A stretch of 64,000 nt of DNA from Marispirochaeta sp. (GCA_963676835.2 CAXXFF010000002.1:1152001-1216000); one strand, 5' to 3'. Shown: positions 18,599 to 28,402, counted from the stretch's first letter. A program made the numbers and translations. Notes: generated by a model from the sequence alone, not told the origin.

Positions 18599-19765
18599 AT
18601 GCGTATATCTCCTCTCTGGTCTGCAGGTGTTCTTACTCTTTGTTTTCTCATTGTCACCGGTACAGGTATATACCTGAGGTTGGATGATTTTAACAGAACT
18701 CCGCTGCCGGTCCCCCCGGGAGCTCCGGAAATCTATACCCTTAGCTTTGCCGGGGATATCATGGCCCATGATGTCAATTTCCATCTGAAACCCCATGACC
18801 GGATATATCGGGATGTGGAACATCTTCTCCGGAATGATCTGCTTACCTTCGGTAACCTTGAGTTTCCCGTTGATCCATCCAAACCCTATCAGAATTATCC
18901 TCTTTTCAATAATCATCCCGAGTATGTGGAGGCTGCCATCGATGCAGGATTTGATGCCTTCTCGGCAGCCAACAATCACACCGCCGATCAGGGGCCTGAA
19001 TCTATACTTGCAACCCGATCGGTACTGAACGGGTTTCAGGGCGATCGTGGTATATCCTGGTCCGGTATCCGGGGCAATGTGAATGATCCCATGGTTCCTG
19101 TTTCCATCTATAAAGAAGGTATGCACATTGGCTTTCTGGCGGTTACCCTCTTTCTTAACCGTCAGAACGGGGGAGAGCTTGTGTACCTGGTCAACTACAG
19201 AAGCCGCGAACGGCAGGATACTTTTTTTAACTATATTGAATCCGTACGGCCTGCCTACGATCTCCTTGTACTCTCCGTTCATGGTGGCGTTGAGTATCGG
19301 GAGTCCCCATTGCCCTACAAATCAGAATTCTTCCATCGTCTCAGTGATGCCGGGGTGGATATTGTCTGGGGGCACCATCCTCATGTGCTTCAGCCATATG
19401 AGCTTTATTCCAGAAAGAACGGCAGCACCGGGGTAATTATTTACTCGGCGGGAAATTTCATTTCCGGCCAGACCTGGCGGATGCCTCCGGTGGAATACCA
19501 GCCGGAAGATCCGCCCCGGGGAGAAACCGCTCTTTTTCAGGTTCGCCTGGTTAAACGGAATGGAAGAGGGCCGGAGATTTGCGGAGTTTCAGCGCTGCCT
19601 CTGGTAAATTACCGGGATCCGGGATTCGGCATGGTCGTAAAGGGCTACGAGGATATTCTCATGGATGATGAAATTCCGTCAGATTGGAAAAGTTTTTATC
19701 ATTCCCGCCGTGGATCAATTGAAAGTGTGCTTTTCAGGATTGAGCAGCATAATCAGGTTCCGTAG
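18599..19765 (+). CDS. CapA/PgsA-family metallophosphoesterase
   Basis: FAGDIM, GNLEFP, ANNH, HGGVEY, GHHPHVLQ, YSAGNF; N-terminal anchor. Confidence 0.9.
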   Translation: MRISPLWSAGVLTLCFLIVTGTGIYLRLDDFNRTPLPVPPGAPEIYTLSFAGDIMAHDVNFHLKPHDRIYRDVEHLLRNDLLTFGNLEFPVDPSKPYQNYPLFNNHPEYVEAAIDAGFDAFSAANNHTADQGPESILATRSVLNGFQGDRGISWSGIRGNVNDPMVPVSIYKEGMHIGFLAVTLFLNRQNGGELVYLVNYRSRERQDTFFNYIESVRPAYDLLVLSVHGGVEYRESPLPYKSEFFHRLSDAGVDIVWGHHPHVLQPYELYSRKNGSTGVIIYSAGNFISGQTWRMPPVEYQPEDPPRGETALFQVRLVKRNGRGPEICGVSALPLVNYRDPGFGMVVKGYEDILMDDEIPSDWKSFYHSRRGSIESVLFRIEQHNQVP

Positions 19766-20169
19766 CGGCTGAGGTAAAAGGGCAGATAGTCTCCTGCGGT
19801 AATTTCCTCGCAATTCTCAATGGTCCAGTTGTACAGATAAGTCCAGCAGGACATTGGTTCACCTGCTTCGGTAAGCACTGGTATCTGACGTCTGATATAT
19901 TCATTGGGCTCACTGAAGCCGGTTCCGTATTCTTCGTATTTATCCAGCAGCGGCAGTGTTTCTTCCGGTTTCTTCAGCAGGTAGATCTCCCCCTTTATTC
20001 TGTATCCCTCGTCTGTTATAAGGGCTCCGGGAAAGCGGTCTATTTCATAAAGTCGGCCGGTAATCCATCCGGAGCCGAAATAGGCCGAATTTTCGGTAAT
20101 GTTCCTGCTGAATGGATTATTGAAACCCTTTCTCAGGGTGCCGTAGGTGAAAATGTAGTTCTGCTGCAT
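19753..20169 (-). CDS. Gamma-glutamylcyclotransferase (AIG2-like) family
   Basis: FTYGTLR, FPGA, GEIY, LDKYE, WTYLYN. Confidence 0.9.
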   Translation of the reverse strand: MQQNYIFTYGTLRKGFNNPFSRNITENSAYFGSGWITGRLYEIDRFPGALITDEGYRIKGEIYLLKKPEETLPLLDKYEEYGTGFSEPNEYIRRQIPVLTEAGEPMSCWTYLYNWTIENCEEITAGDYLPFYLSRYGT

Positions 20170-20454
20170 ATGCGCGACGAGTGTAGATGGAATTTACATT
20201 AATGTAAACAAGATTTACATAGGATACGAAAATGTCGGAAAATAAAAAACAGACTACGCAATAGATGTTTTAATGCTTGAATTGTAGGATTTCCTCCCGG
20301 TTTAAAATATAAACATTTGTTTTTTGGTAAATCTTTGAATATAAAAGAATTACTGTGCGGTTGAGTCCTGGTGCAGGAGAAACGGTGTAAATGCGGGGAT
20401 CCTTGGCATGGTTGGTGCATATAAAGTTCTATCTGATTCAGGGAAAGAGGAACA

Positions 20455-21237
20455 ATGGACGCCAGTGCATATATACCGGAACAGCCTTTCTGGGAGTTGT
20501 CAGCAGAGAATTTTGTCTCATGCTCGACTATGAACTCCGGTATACTGCTGCAGTACTACAGTTTCGATATGCCTGAAGATCAGGGAGCTTCACTTCTGGC
20601 TGTACCCGACGGTGTGGTTGACATTATCTTCCGCTGCTGCGGTTCCAATCCATGTGCACTGGTCTATGGTTCGGTTCTGAAAGGGAAAAAGATCACTTTT
20701 ATGAAAGGTGCAAAGTACTTCGGTGTCAGGTTTCTGCCCAGTGCAGCTGAACCGGTTCTCGGCAGCCCCCTGGACCAGTTTACCGACCAGAATGTACTTC
20801 TGAATGATATTCAGGATGGTGCAGATAAGCTTTTGGATCAGATCTATAATGCTGAAACCTTTCAGGACAGAGTGGGACACTTTGAGATGTACCACTACGA
20901 GAGGACCAGGAAGAGTAAGCCTGTTCCCGGCCTGGTTCATGAAGTTCTGCGTAAAATCAACTCTTCCCATGGCGATATCCGAATTCAGGCTCTGGCAGAT
21001 GAAACCGGATATTCCGCGCGGCACCTCAACAATATGTTTAAAAAACATGTGGGTGTTTCTCCCAAGTTTTACGAAAGGGTGGTTCGCTTTCAGCGCTGTC
21101 TGGATCAGCTGCGCAATCACCGCACCGGAGATCTTACCGAGCTTGCCTATGATGCGGGATACTATGATCAGGCCCACTTTATCAACGAGTTTAAAGAGTT
21201 TTCCATGAAAACTCCCACGCAGGTTCTCTGCGGCTGA
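20455..21237 (+). CDS. AraC-family regulator (DUF6597-type N-terminus)
   Basis: VPDGVVDIIF, GVRFLP, GVSPK..RVVRF, GYYDQAHFINEFK. Confidence 0.92.
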   Translation: MDASAYIPEQPFWELSAENFVSCSTMNSGILLQYYSFDMPEDQGASLLAVPDGVVDIIFRCCGSNPCALVYGSVLKGKKITFMKGAKYFGVRFLPSAAEPVLGSPLDQFTDQNVLLNDIQDGADKLLDQIYNAETFQDRVGHFEMYHYERTRKSKPVPGLVHEVLRKINSSHGDIRIQALADETGYSARHLNNMFKKHVGVSPKFYERVVRFQRCLDQLRNHRTGDLTELAYDAGYYDQAHFINEFKEFSMKTPTQVLCG

Positions 21238-21483
21238 ATTGATTCCCGACATTCCTTAACTTCTCATCTCTCATTGTAAAAATATACAATAAAATTCAAA
21301 ATATGCATTAAATATGTAAAAATAATATGCGAAAAATAAATAAATATGCAATTAGTTCCGTTTTTTCCAATTGGATTTAAAGTGAGTATGGTATTTACAT
21401 AGTAAGAAAGCCTTCTGCCTGAGTGCCACCAGGCCGTGGATAAATGCTTTCAATTTATTAATAGCGCTCGGAGGAGAAGCACT

Positions 21484-22872
21484 ATGAACGAACTGAAGAA
21501 AACCCTTGGGTTCTGGTCCTGCTTTGCAGTTGGAGTTGGACTGGTTGTAGCGTCAAGTACGCTCGTAACCCTTGGGCAGGGTATGGGAATGGCTGGTGCC
21601 GGATTTATTTTTGCCATGCTGGCGGCCTGGTTTCTACAGCTGTTTTCAGCCCAGAGTTTTGCAGAGCTTTCCTGTTCGATTCCAAAATCGGGCAGTTTGA
21701 GCTCCTACGCACGGATCGCAATCGGTCCTCTTGTTGGTATGGTCAGTCTGCTGACCGGTTATATTCTTATGAGTATGGCCACTGTTCCCGCGGAGCTGGC
21801 AGTAGCCGGCGCGGTGTTTAACGGAGTATTCGCCCCGTTCTTTTCACCATCACTCTTTGCACTCATTCTGCTGGTTGTGCTTACTATTCCCAACATCATC
21901 GGTGTTGATATGTTTGCCAAACTGCAGCTGGTCCTGACTTCCATCATGATCGTGTCCATGAGTGTTCTGGGACTTATCGGTCTGCTCGGCCTGGGTAATC
22001 CTGTTCCCGAGATTCCAAGTGCATCTTTCAACCCCATGGGATGGGGAGTCCTCGGACTGACTGCCCTTGCAATCTGGCTCTACATCGGTATCGAGTTTGT
22101 AACTCCCTTTGTTGAGGAGATCAAAGATCCTGCCAAGAATATCCCCAGTGCCATGGTTATGGGACTTGTGGTTATTATCGGTGTAAACCTTCTCTACGGA
22201 TTTGCCTCTATCCGGTATCTTCCCCTTGATGCTCTTGCAGAGTCTGATTCACCCCATGTTCTCGTGGCTGAAGCAATTCTCGGAAAAGCTGGTATGATCT
22301 GGATTGGTATCGTCTCTATTGCGGCGACTGCAAGTTCTGTAAATACCTTTATCGGTGTAATTCCCCGTATGCTCTACGGAATGGCCCAGGCTGGTGAAAT
22401 GCCTTCCTTCTTCGCCAAAATACATCCGAAGTTCAGAACACCTTATGTAGGTATCATTTTTACCGCAGCTGTATATGCTGCACTGCTGCTTGTTGGTATC
22501 GCCGGTATTGAACAGATCCTTATTCTGATCATGTCTGCCTGTGCCTGCTGGCTCCTTGCATACGTTCTTGCCCATGTTGTAGTAATCATCATGCGGAAGA
22601 AATACCCCGAGCTCAAACGCCCCTACAAGACTCCCCTGTATCCGCTGCCCCAGATTATCGGATCCCTGGGAATGCTGTACGCCATCTGGCAGATCTATCC
22701 TGAGCCCATCACCAAGATGACCATCTACTCTTATGCACTGGTGATGATCCTCATCGCGGTAGCTTTCTCTGCGGTATGGCTCAAGTTTGTAAAGAAGGTT
22801 CCCCTCTTTAAGCCGGTAAGTCTTGCTGAAGAGATGGGCGAAGAGTTCGCTAACGAACTTCTCGGGAAATAG
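21484..22872 (+). CDS. APC-family amino acid/amine permease
   Basis: 12 TM segments, FAEL, GIEF, EEIKDP, RMLYGMA, HPKFRTP, RPYKTP; SD GGAGGAG before ATG 21484. Confidence 0.93.
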   Translation: MNELKKTLGFWSCFAVGVGLVVASSTLVTLGQGMGMAGAGFIFAMLAAWFLQLFSAQSFAELSCSIPKSGSLSSYARIAIGPLVGMVSLLTGYILMSMATVPAELAVAGAVFNGVFAPFFSPSLFALILLVVLTIPNIIGVDMFAKLQLVLTSIMIVSMSVLGLIGLLGLGNPVPEIPSASFNPMGWGVLGLTALAIWLYIGIEFVTPFVEEIKDPAKNIPSAMVMGLVVIIGVNLLYGFASIRYLPLDALAESDSPHVLVAEAILGKAGMIWIGIVSIAATASSVNTFIGVIPRMLYGMAQAGEMPSFFAKIHPKFRTPYVGIIFTAAVYAALLLVGIAGIEQILILIMSACACWLLAYVLAHVVVIIMRKKYPELKRPYKTPLYPLPQIIGSLGMLYAIWQIYPEPITKMTIYSYALVMILIAVAFSAVWLKFVKKVPLFKPVSLAEEMGEEFANELLGK

Positions 22873-22874
22873 CT

Positions 22875-23459
22875 ATGAAATTGAGACAAAAGATCGATAA
22901 AGCAGCATCTGATCAGCTGGAAAGAATCCTGACCACCTTCCCCAAAAGCTGGGGAACAGCGGACAGGGGTGATGATCTGATGGAATACAGGTTTGATTCT
23001 TTTTCTGACGGAGCAGAGATGGCTGTGGCGTATGACGCAAAAAAGCAGCTTCTTGGCGGTGTCTTCTCCCTTGTTTTTACCTTGGGGTGTGCAAACACCT
23101 CAGGTGTAGAAAGTGGAAAAGCGAAGCTTCAGTATAAAGGCAGTTTCATTAAAGGTGATGCCTTTTTCTCCGCCGGAAAGAAATCAGACTCACTGCTCGC
23201 TGAGGCATTAAACAGCTACCCTGATTTAATGAAGATACTGAGCGAACTTGATCTTTTGTCCATGAATGTGTCCGCTGATAACGGCACACTGAAGGTTGAG
23301 CTCTCCCCGCTGGGGGGAGCTTACACCTACACGATCTTTCCTCCCATGAAATATGGGGGACTTCTGCCGGATACTGATCTTGAACGGATCCGGCAGGTAT
23401 TGAATATTTTCGCGGCTGGTTTTTCTGATAATGCCAGACGGGTTGCAGGAGCAGAATAA
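22875..23459 (+). CDS. DUF3156-like protein
   Basis: Size, position right after an APC permease, C-terminal L.PLGGA....FPP pattern; family assignment from recall. Confidence 0.5.
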   Translation: MKLRQKIDKAASDQLERILTTFPKSWGTADRGDDLMEYRFDSFSDGAEMAVAYDAKKQLLGGVFSLVFTLGCANTSGVESGKAKLQYKGSFIKGDAFFSAGKKSDSLLAEALNSYPDLMKILSELDLLSMNVSADNGTLKVELSPLGGAYTYTIFPPMKYGGLLPDTDLERIRQVLNIFAAGFSDNARRVAGAE

Positions 23460-24400
23460 TGAAGAAAGCAGGTTTGTTGCTACTTTTATTTACACTAAGT
23501 ATAACCCTTGTCTTTGCAGACAACAGCATACTGGTAGGCAGCGATCTCGGGGAGGTGATTCTCTGCTCGCCAAACCCCGGACGGGTCGCGGACTATCCGG
23601 AGATGCATGGAGACGCAATCTATGCATTGGGTGCCTCTCCGGATGGCAAAATTGCAGTTTCCGGCGATAAAGACGGAAACATGGTTATCTGGAATACCCA
23701 GACAAAAACAGGAACAGAAATCGCCCGCGCCCACCGCAGTACTATCCGGTCCATCGCTTTTTCCGCAGACGGATCATTCTTTGTAACCGGCGGAAAGGAC
23801 AGAATGGTATTTAAATGGGATTCCAGAACCGGTGCAAAGCTGGAAGAGTTTAAAGGGCATAAAAGCTATGTCTATGGGGTTGCGGTAAGTCCCGACGGCA
23901 GCCGGATAGCTTCAGTTGGTTCAGACAACCTGCTGATGCTCTGGGATGCCGATACAGGGCGGAAGCTCGAGAAGAAGCGGAATGCCCATTACAAGGCAAT
24001 CTATGCTGTTCAGTTTTCTACCGACGGACGACGTATTTTTACCGCCAGCGCGGATAATTTTATCCGCGTGTGGGATGCTGCCTCACTTGATAACATTACT
24101 ACCCTGGAAGGTCATGGAAATGAAGTGACAGCCATTGCTGTCAGTCCCGACGGAAAAATGCTGATCAGCGGAAGCAGGGATGAAAAGATTATTGTCTGGG
24201 ATACTGCTTCCCTGCAGCAGAAAAAGTCCATCAGTTTTCCGGGAAATATCTACACCGTGGGAATTGATTTTTCCAAAGACGGCAGTTATGCCTCTGTAGG
24301 CGACAGCTCGGGAACAGTGCTGGATCTTGATATGGGTACGCTTTCGGTTTCTCAGACAGCTGAAATTACCCCCATGAAATCCCTGATACGGCTCTGGTAG
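23459..24400 (+). CDS. Secreted WD40-repeat beta-propeller protein
   Basis: Signal peptide and about 6 GH...WD repeats (e.g. GHGNEVTAIAVSPDGKMLISGSRDEKIIVWD). Confidence 0.92.
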   Translation: MKKAGLLLLLFTLSITLVFADNSILVGSDLGEVILCSPNPGRVADYPEMHGDAIYALGASPDGKIAVSGDKDGNMVIWNTQTKTGTEIARAHRSTIRSIAFSADGSFFVTGGKDRMVFKWDSRTGAKLEEFKGHKSYVYGVAVSPDGSRIASVGSDNLLMLWDADTGRKLEKKRNAHYKAIYAVQFSTDGRRIFTASADNFIRVWDAASLDNITTLEGHGNEVTAIAVSPDGKMLISGSRDEKIIVWDTASLQQKKSISFPGNIYTVGIDFSKDGSYASVGDSSGTVLDLDMGTLSVSQTAEITPMKSLIRLW

Positions 24401-24421
24401 AAGAAGATAGGAGATAAGTAT

Positions 24422-25063
24422 ATGAATTGGAATGAGCTTGCACCTAAAGTAAAGTTTTCTACCCTGGGCAGCGGGGCGGATCTTAAAAGCGAGTATCCAG
24501 ATTTTTCCGTATGGGAGTGGGGGACCGGTCGTTATGGAGAAATCCTGGGCGGAATGGAAACCGACATTAACGGTGGAAAAATAGTCGTTGCCGACTATGA
24601 GTACGAGTATTCCAAACAGATGCATGCCCCTAAAGATGTTGGTGGTATGCGCAGAGGGCTCACTTTCTGTATTCTCACTCATGAAGGTCTTTCTCTTCCC
24701 GAGATCTATCTTCGGAATGAAGCGCCGGTACAGAAGGTTTTCAAACGGGCCATGGGAAAACACGATATCTACTTTTCGGAAGATCCGGAATTCTCCGACC
24801 GTTTTGAGATTCAGGGACCGGAGCTGGAGGTTCATCAGCTTTTCCGTCCCGAGATCCGCAGCTATTTTCTCCGTTATTTTGAATACTCACCCTTGAGAAT
24901 GGAAGTAAAGAATAACGGGATTCTTCTTCACTTCGGCATGATGATACGCCCTGAGGACAGCAGAATGCTGATTTACAGTGCCGTCAATATTGCCAACTTC
25001 TGGATGGATCAGATTGTAAAATATGAGATTCCGCCGGAGGTCTTTTTTAAAGGCCAGATGTAG
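24422..25063 (+). CDS. Hypothetical protein
   Basis: SD AGGAG; EDPEFSDRFEI motif recalls DUF3137-like proteins (unverified). Confidence 0.65.
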   Translation: MNWNELAPKVKFSTLGSGADLKSEYPDFSVWEWGTGRYGEILGGMETDINGGKIVVADYEYEYSKQMHAPKDVGGMRRGLTFCILTHEGLSLPEIYLRNEAPVQKVFKRAMGKHDIYFSEDPEFSDRFEIQGPELEVHQLFRPEIRSYFLRYFEYSPLRMEVKNNGILLHFGMMIRPEDSRMLIYSAVNIANFWMDQIVKYEIPPEVFFKGQM

Positions 25064-25388
25064 ACAGTAAAATTTTTTCAGGGATGACAGCTCTGCACGC
25101 GGTATGCACGTGCTTGTTTTGCCGGCACCTGTCATCCTTTCTGATTATTAATTAAACAGCTTTGTACCCCTGATAAGAGAATAACGTTTTACCAACCTTG
25201 TTGAATAAAAATACGTATTAAGCCGGACAATCTCAGCTAATTGGAATAATTATAAAAATATTTCAAATAAAGTTGCATATTTTTTAGTTCAGTTCCGAAA
25301 TTTCCAATTTTGAATACTGTCCCCTGTGGTATCTATACACCAGTAAGGGAGAACTTTTATTTCCAGCTAATGGAGAAGGAGAGATACT

Positions 25389-26756
25389 ATGATAGCGGTT
25401 AAGGATCTTGAAGCCAAAAACGCACCCAGCCTTGAAACAATTAAAGAAGCACTTATTTCCAAAGGAATAGAGACAGTTCGTCTTGAGTATATCGATATGC
25501 AGGGAGTAAACCGCGGTAAGGTTCTTCCGATTGAAATGCTCGACGAGATTTTTGAAGACGGAATTGCATTTGCTGCGGCAATAATGCAGATCGGCTTTGA
25601 CAACAATGTTGCCGAAGTACAGGGTCTTTCCGGCAACTATGACGATATGAAGATTTTTGCCGACCCATCCAGGGTTTTTACACTTCCCTATCAGGAAAAA
25701 ACAGCCCTGATTCTGGGGGACAGTTACTACCATGGAAAGGCCATGAAACAGTCCCCCCGCTGGTTTCTGAAAAATGTAATAGCCGAATACAACAAGCTCG
25801 GGTATGAGCCCATTACAGCATCGGAAATGGAGTTCTTCCTCTTTAACAGAAATGAGGACGGATCTGTTTCTCCCTACACCAACGAAACCGGCAACTGCTA
25901 CACCAGCAATGTACGGATCGATCCCAAGGGTTTTTTCACCGAGCTGACCTCCACGCTGAAGCACATGGATTTCAATATTCTTTATATGAACCATGAGTTT
26001 TATGCAGGCCAGTATGAGTATAACTGGAGGCATTCCGATGCCCTGCGCTCAGCCGATGAGACCGCCATGTTCAAAGGTGTCTGTAAGGATATCGCAGAGC
26101 AGAAAAACATGATCGCCACCTTTATGGGCCGCCCGAAGAATGACAACGGCGGAAGCGGCTGCCATTTCCATCTGTCCCTGAATGATATCAGCACCGGCAA
26201 GAATATTTTTGACGATCCCGCCGGAGCAGAGGGCATGAGCGATGTAATGCGCCATTTTGTTGCAGGAGTACTGAAGCATGCACCTGCAATGGTTTCATTC
26301 CTTGCACCTACCATCAACTGCTACAAGCGCTTTCAGCCCAACTCATTTGCGCCGTTCTATATCGGCTGGGGCTATGACAACCGGACTACTTTTGTCCGTA
26401 TACCCGAAGAGCGGGGCAAAGCTACCCGTGTTGAAGTGCGTGCAGGCAGCGCTGCGGCCAACCCCTATCTTGCTCTCGCGTCAATTCTGGCAGCTGGTCT
26501 GGATGGTATAAAGAACAAGCTTGAGCCTCCAGCCATAGTAACCACCGACCTCTACAACGATGAGAGCCTTGAACGTACCACTGTTCCCAGAAGTCTCTTC
26601 CGTGCTCTCCGTGAGCTTGAGAGTGATGAATGGCTGAAGGAAATTGCCGGTGAGGCGCTTATCAACAACTTTGTAGCAGTCAAGGACATGGAAGTTGAGA
26701 CTTTCATCAATACTGTGCATCCCTGGGAATGGGATTTCTACTCGTACCATATTTAA
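25389..26756 (+). CDS. Glutamine synthetase-like gamma-glutamylamide synthetase (GmaS/GlnT/PuuA-like)
   Basis: GS fold (EMEFFL, HEFYAGQYE, GSGCHFHLS, NCYKR, DNRT, RVEVR, NPYL); lacks DGSS and has PNSFAP instead of PGYEAP. Confidence 0.85.
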   Translation: MIAVKDLEAKNAPSLETIKEALISKGIETVRLEYIDMQGVNRGKVLPIEMLDEIFEDGIAFAAAIMQIGFDNNVAEVQGLSGNYDDMKIFADPSRVFTLPYQEKTALILGDSYYHGKAMKQSPRWFLKNVIAEYNKLGYEPITASEMEFFLFNRNEDGSVSPYTNETGNCYTSNVRIDPKGFFTELTSTLKHMDFNILYMNHEFYAGQYEYNWRHSDALRSADETAMFKGVCKDIAEQKNMIATFMGRPKNDNGGSGCHFHLSLNDISTGKNIFDDPAGAEGMSDVMRHFVAGVLKHAPAMVSFLAPTINCYKRFQPNSFAPFYIGWGYDNRTTFVRIPEERGKATRVEVRAGSAAANPYLALASILAAGLDGIKNKLEPPAIVTTDLYNDESLERTTVPRSLFRALRELESDEWLKEIAGEALINNFVAVKDMEVETFINTVHPWEWDFYSYHI

Positions 26757-26786
26757 CGGCACACCAGAAGAAGGAGACTTGAAACT

Positions 26787-27686
26787 ATGTGCGGAATAGC
26801 CGGAATCATGACCCGGGAGGGTATGGTTGTTTCTGAAAAGCTGCTGGACATGCTGGACCTGATTCAGCACCGCGGCCCCGATGCAGCGGGCATTGCATAT
26901 TTCTCAAAAGGTGCGGCAACGGATGTTCGTATTTCCTATACCGGCGAAGGCAAAAAACAGGAACTTCTTGAAGTCCTGGGAATGCTCTGCGCCTACACGG
27001 TGAAAAACGAGTTTACCAGCGGCCCGAAATACGGCTTTATTGAAGCTGATATTATCCCCAACGCCGGGAATTCCCTGAAAGATATTCACCGGGAAATCAA
27101 TCTGCGTGAAGGACTGTATGTTCACTCCATCGGTTCCGATCTGAGTGTTTACAAGGATGGCGGTACGGTAAAGCGTCTCCGTGATGTTCACGCGATTCAT
27201 GCCGGAACTGCAACCCATGGTATCGGTCATGTCCGTATGGCAACTGAGAGTGCGGAAGATATTAATGCCGCACACCCCTTTGTTTCTCCGTTTTTTCCGG
27301 AACTGGCAATGGTGCATAACGGTCAGTTTACCAACTACTTCAACCTGAGGCGCTCTCTTGAAACAAAGGGTGCAATCTTCAAAACCCAGAATGACTCTGA
27401 GGTTGCAAGTCACCTGATTGCATGGGCAATGCAGGAAAATGGAGGCGATCTCGAAGCGGCTCTGAACTATGCCCTTGAAGAGCTTGACGGTGTCTTCTGT
27501 ATTATGGCCGCCACTGAAAATCAGATGGGGATTGTTAAGGACAAGCTGGGTATCAAGCCTCTTCTTTTGTTTGAAAAAGACGGTGCCACCCTGCTTGGTT
27601 CCGAGCAGATTGAGTTTACCACCCTGTTCCCGGATGTATATGCCGAGGAGCTGGAGCCCGGTGAGGTGAGAGTATGGAATTTATAA
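26787..27686 (+). CDS. glxB: Class II glutamine amidotransferase, GlxB/MgsA-like
   Basis: MCGIAG, HRGPDAAG, GHVRMATES, AHPF, HNG, NDSEV. Confidence 0.8.
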   Translation: MCGIAGIMTREGMVVSEKLLDMLDLIQHRGPDAAGIAYFSKGAATDVRISYTGEGKKQELLEVLGMLCAYTVKNEFTSGPKYGFIEADIIPNAGNSLKDIHREINLREGLYVHSIGSDLSVYKDGGTVKRLRDVHAIHAGTATHGIGHVRMATESAEDINAAHPFVSPFFPELAMVHNGQFTNYFNLRRSLETKGAIFKTQNDSEVASHLIAWAMQENGGDLEAALNYALEELDGVFCIMAATENQMGIVKDKLGIKPLLLFEKDGATLLGSEQIEFTTLFPDVYAEELEPGEVRVWNL

Positions 27687-28402
27687 ACGCCGAAGGCATG
27701 GACGGGAAGGACCTTAATACAGAGCTTAAAAAGCTCCTGTCTTCCACCAAAGAGATAACCGTCAATCACTCTCATTCCATGCACAACATCGGTACCGGAA
27801 TGACCGAAGAAGGTACAGTGATTGTGGACGGCAGTACCGGATTTTATGTTGGCGGTTTTCTCGAAGGAACCCGCATTGATGTTTTAGGTAATGCCGGATG
27901 GTATGCCGGAGACAACATGATGGGCGGCGAGCTTATTATCCGTAAAAATTCCGGCTGTAATGCCGGAGCCTATATGGGCGGCGGAACCCTGGTTATCTAC
28001 GGCGGAGCAGGCAGCCGACCCGGATACGGTATGAAAGGCGGCACCCTGCTGATCTGCGGAGATGCAGGACGCTGGGCAGGGCAGATGACTCTGGGAGGAC
28101 AGCTGATCATCCTTGGAAAGGTTGCTCCCGGTATCGGTGAGTCCATGTACAAGGGCGTTATCTATGTCGGTGATCCCGATGTGGAGAATAAGCTTGGAAG
28201 CAACTGCTTTGTAGATGAACTGACTGCGGATGAAAAGATCAGTCTTGCGGAACTGTTTGCCAAGTATGAGGTTGAAGCAGATCCTGCGTCACTCAAGGCT
28301 ATTCGCCCGTTGACTTCCGGACGTCATAACTATGTTCTTTTCAGTCCGGAACTTGAGCCGGAAAAGGCAATGAAACATCTCGCAGGGAGTGGAGCAAAAT
28401 GA
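27674..28402 (+). CDS. glxC: GXGXG-repeat glutamate synthase domain protein, GlxC/MgsB-like
   Basis: Repeated G..G...G..M.GG beta-helix. Confidence 0.8.
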   Translation: MEFINAEGMDGKDLNTELKKLLSSTKEITVNHSHSMHNIGTGMTEEGTVIVDGSTGFYVGGFLEGTRIDVLGNAGWYAGDNMMGGELIIRKNSGCNAGAYMGGGTLVIYGGAGSRPGYGMKGGTLLICGDAGRWAGQMTLGGQLIILGKVAPGIGESMYKGVIYVGDPDVENKLGSNCFVDELTADEKISLAELFAKYEVEADPASLKAIRPLTSGRHNYVLFSPELEPEKAMKHLAGSGAK

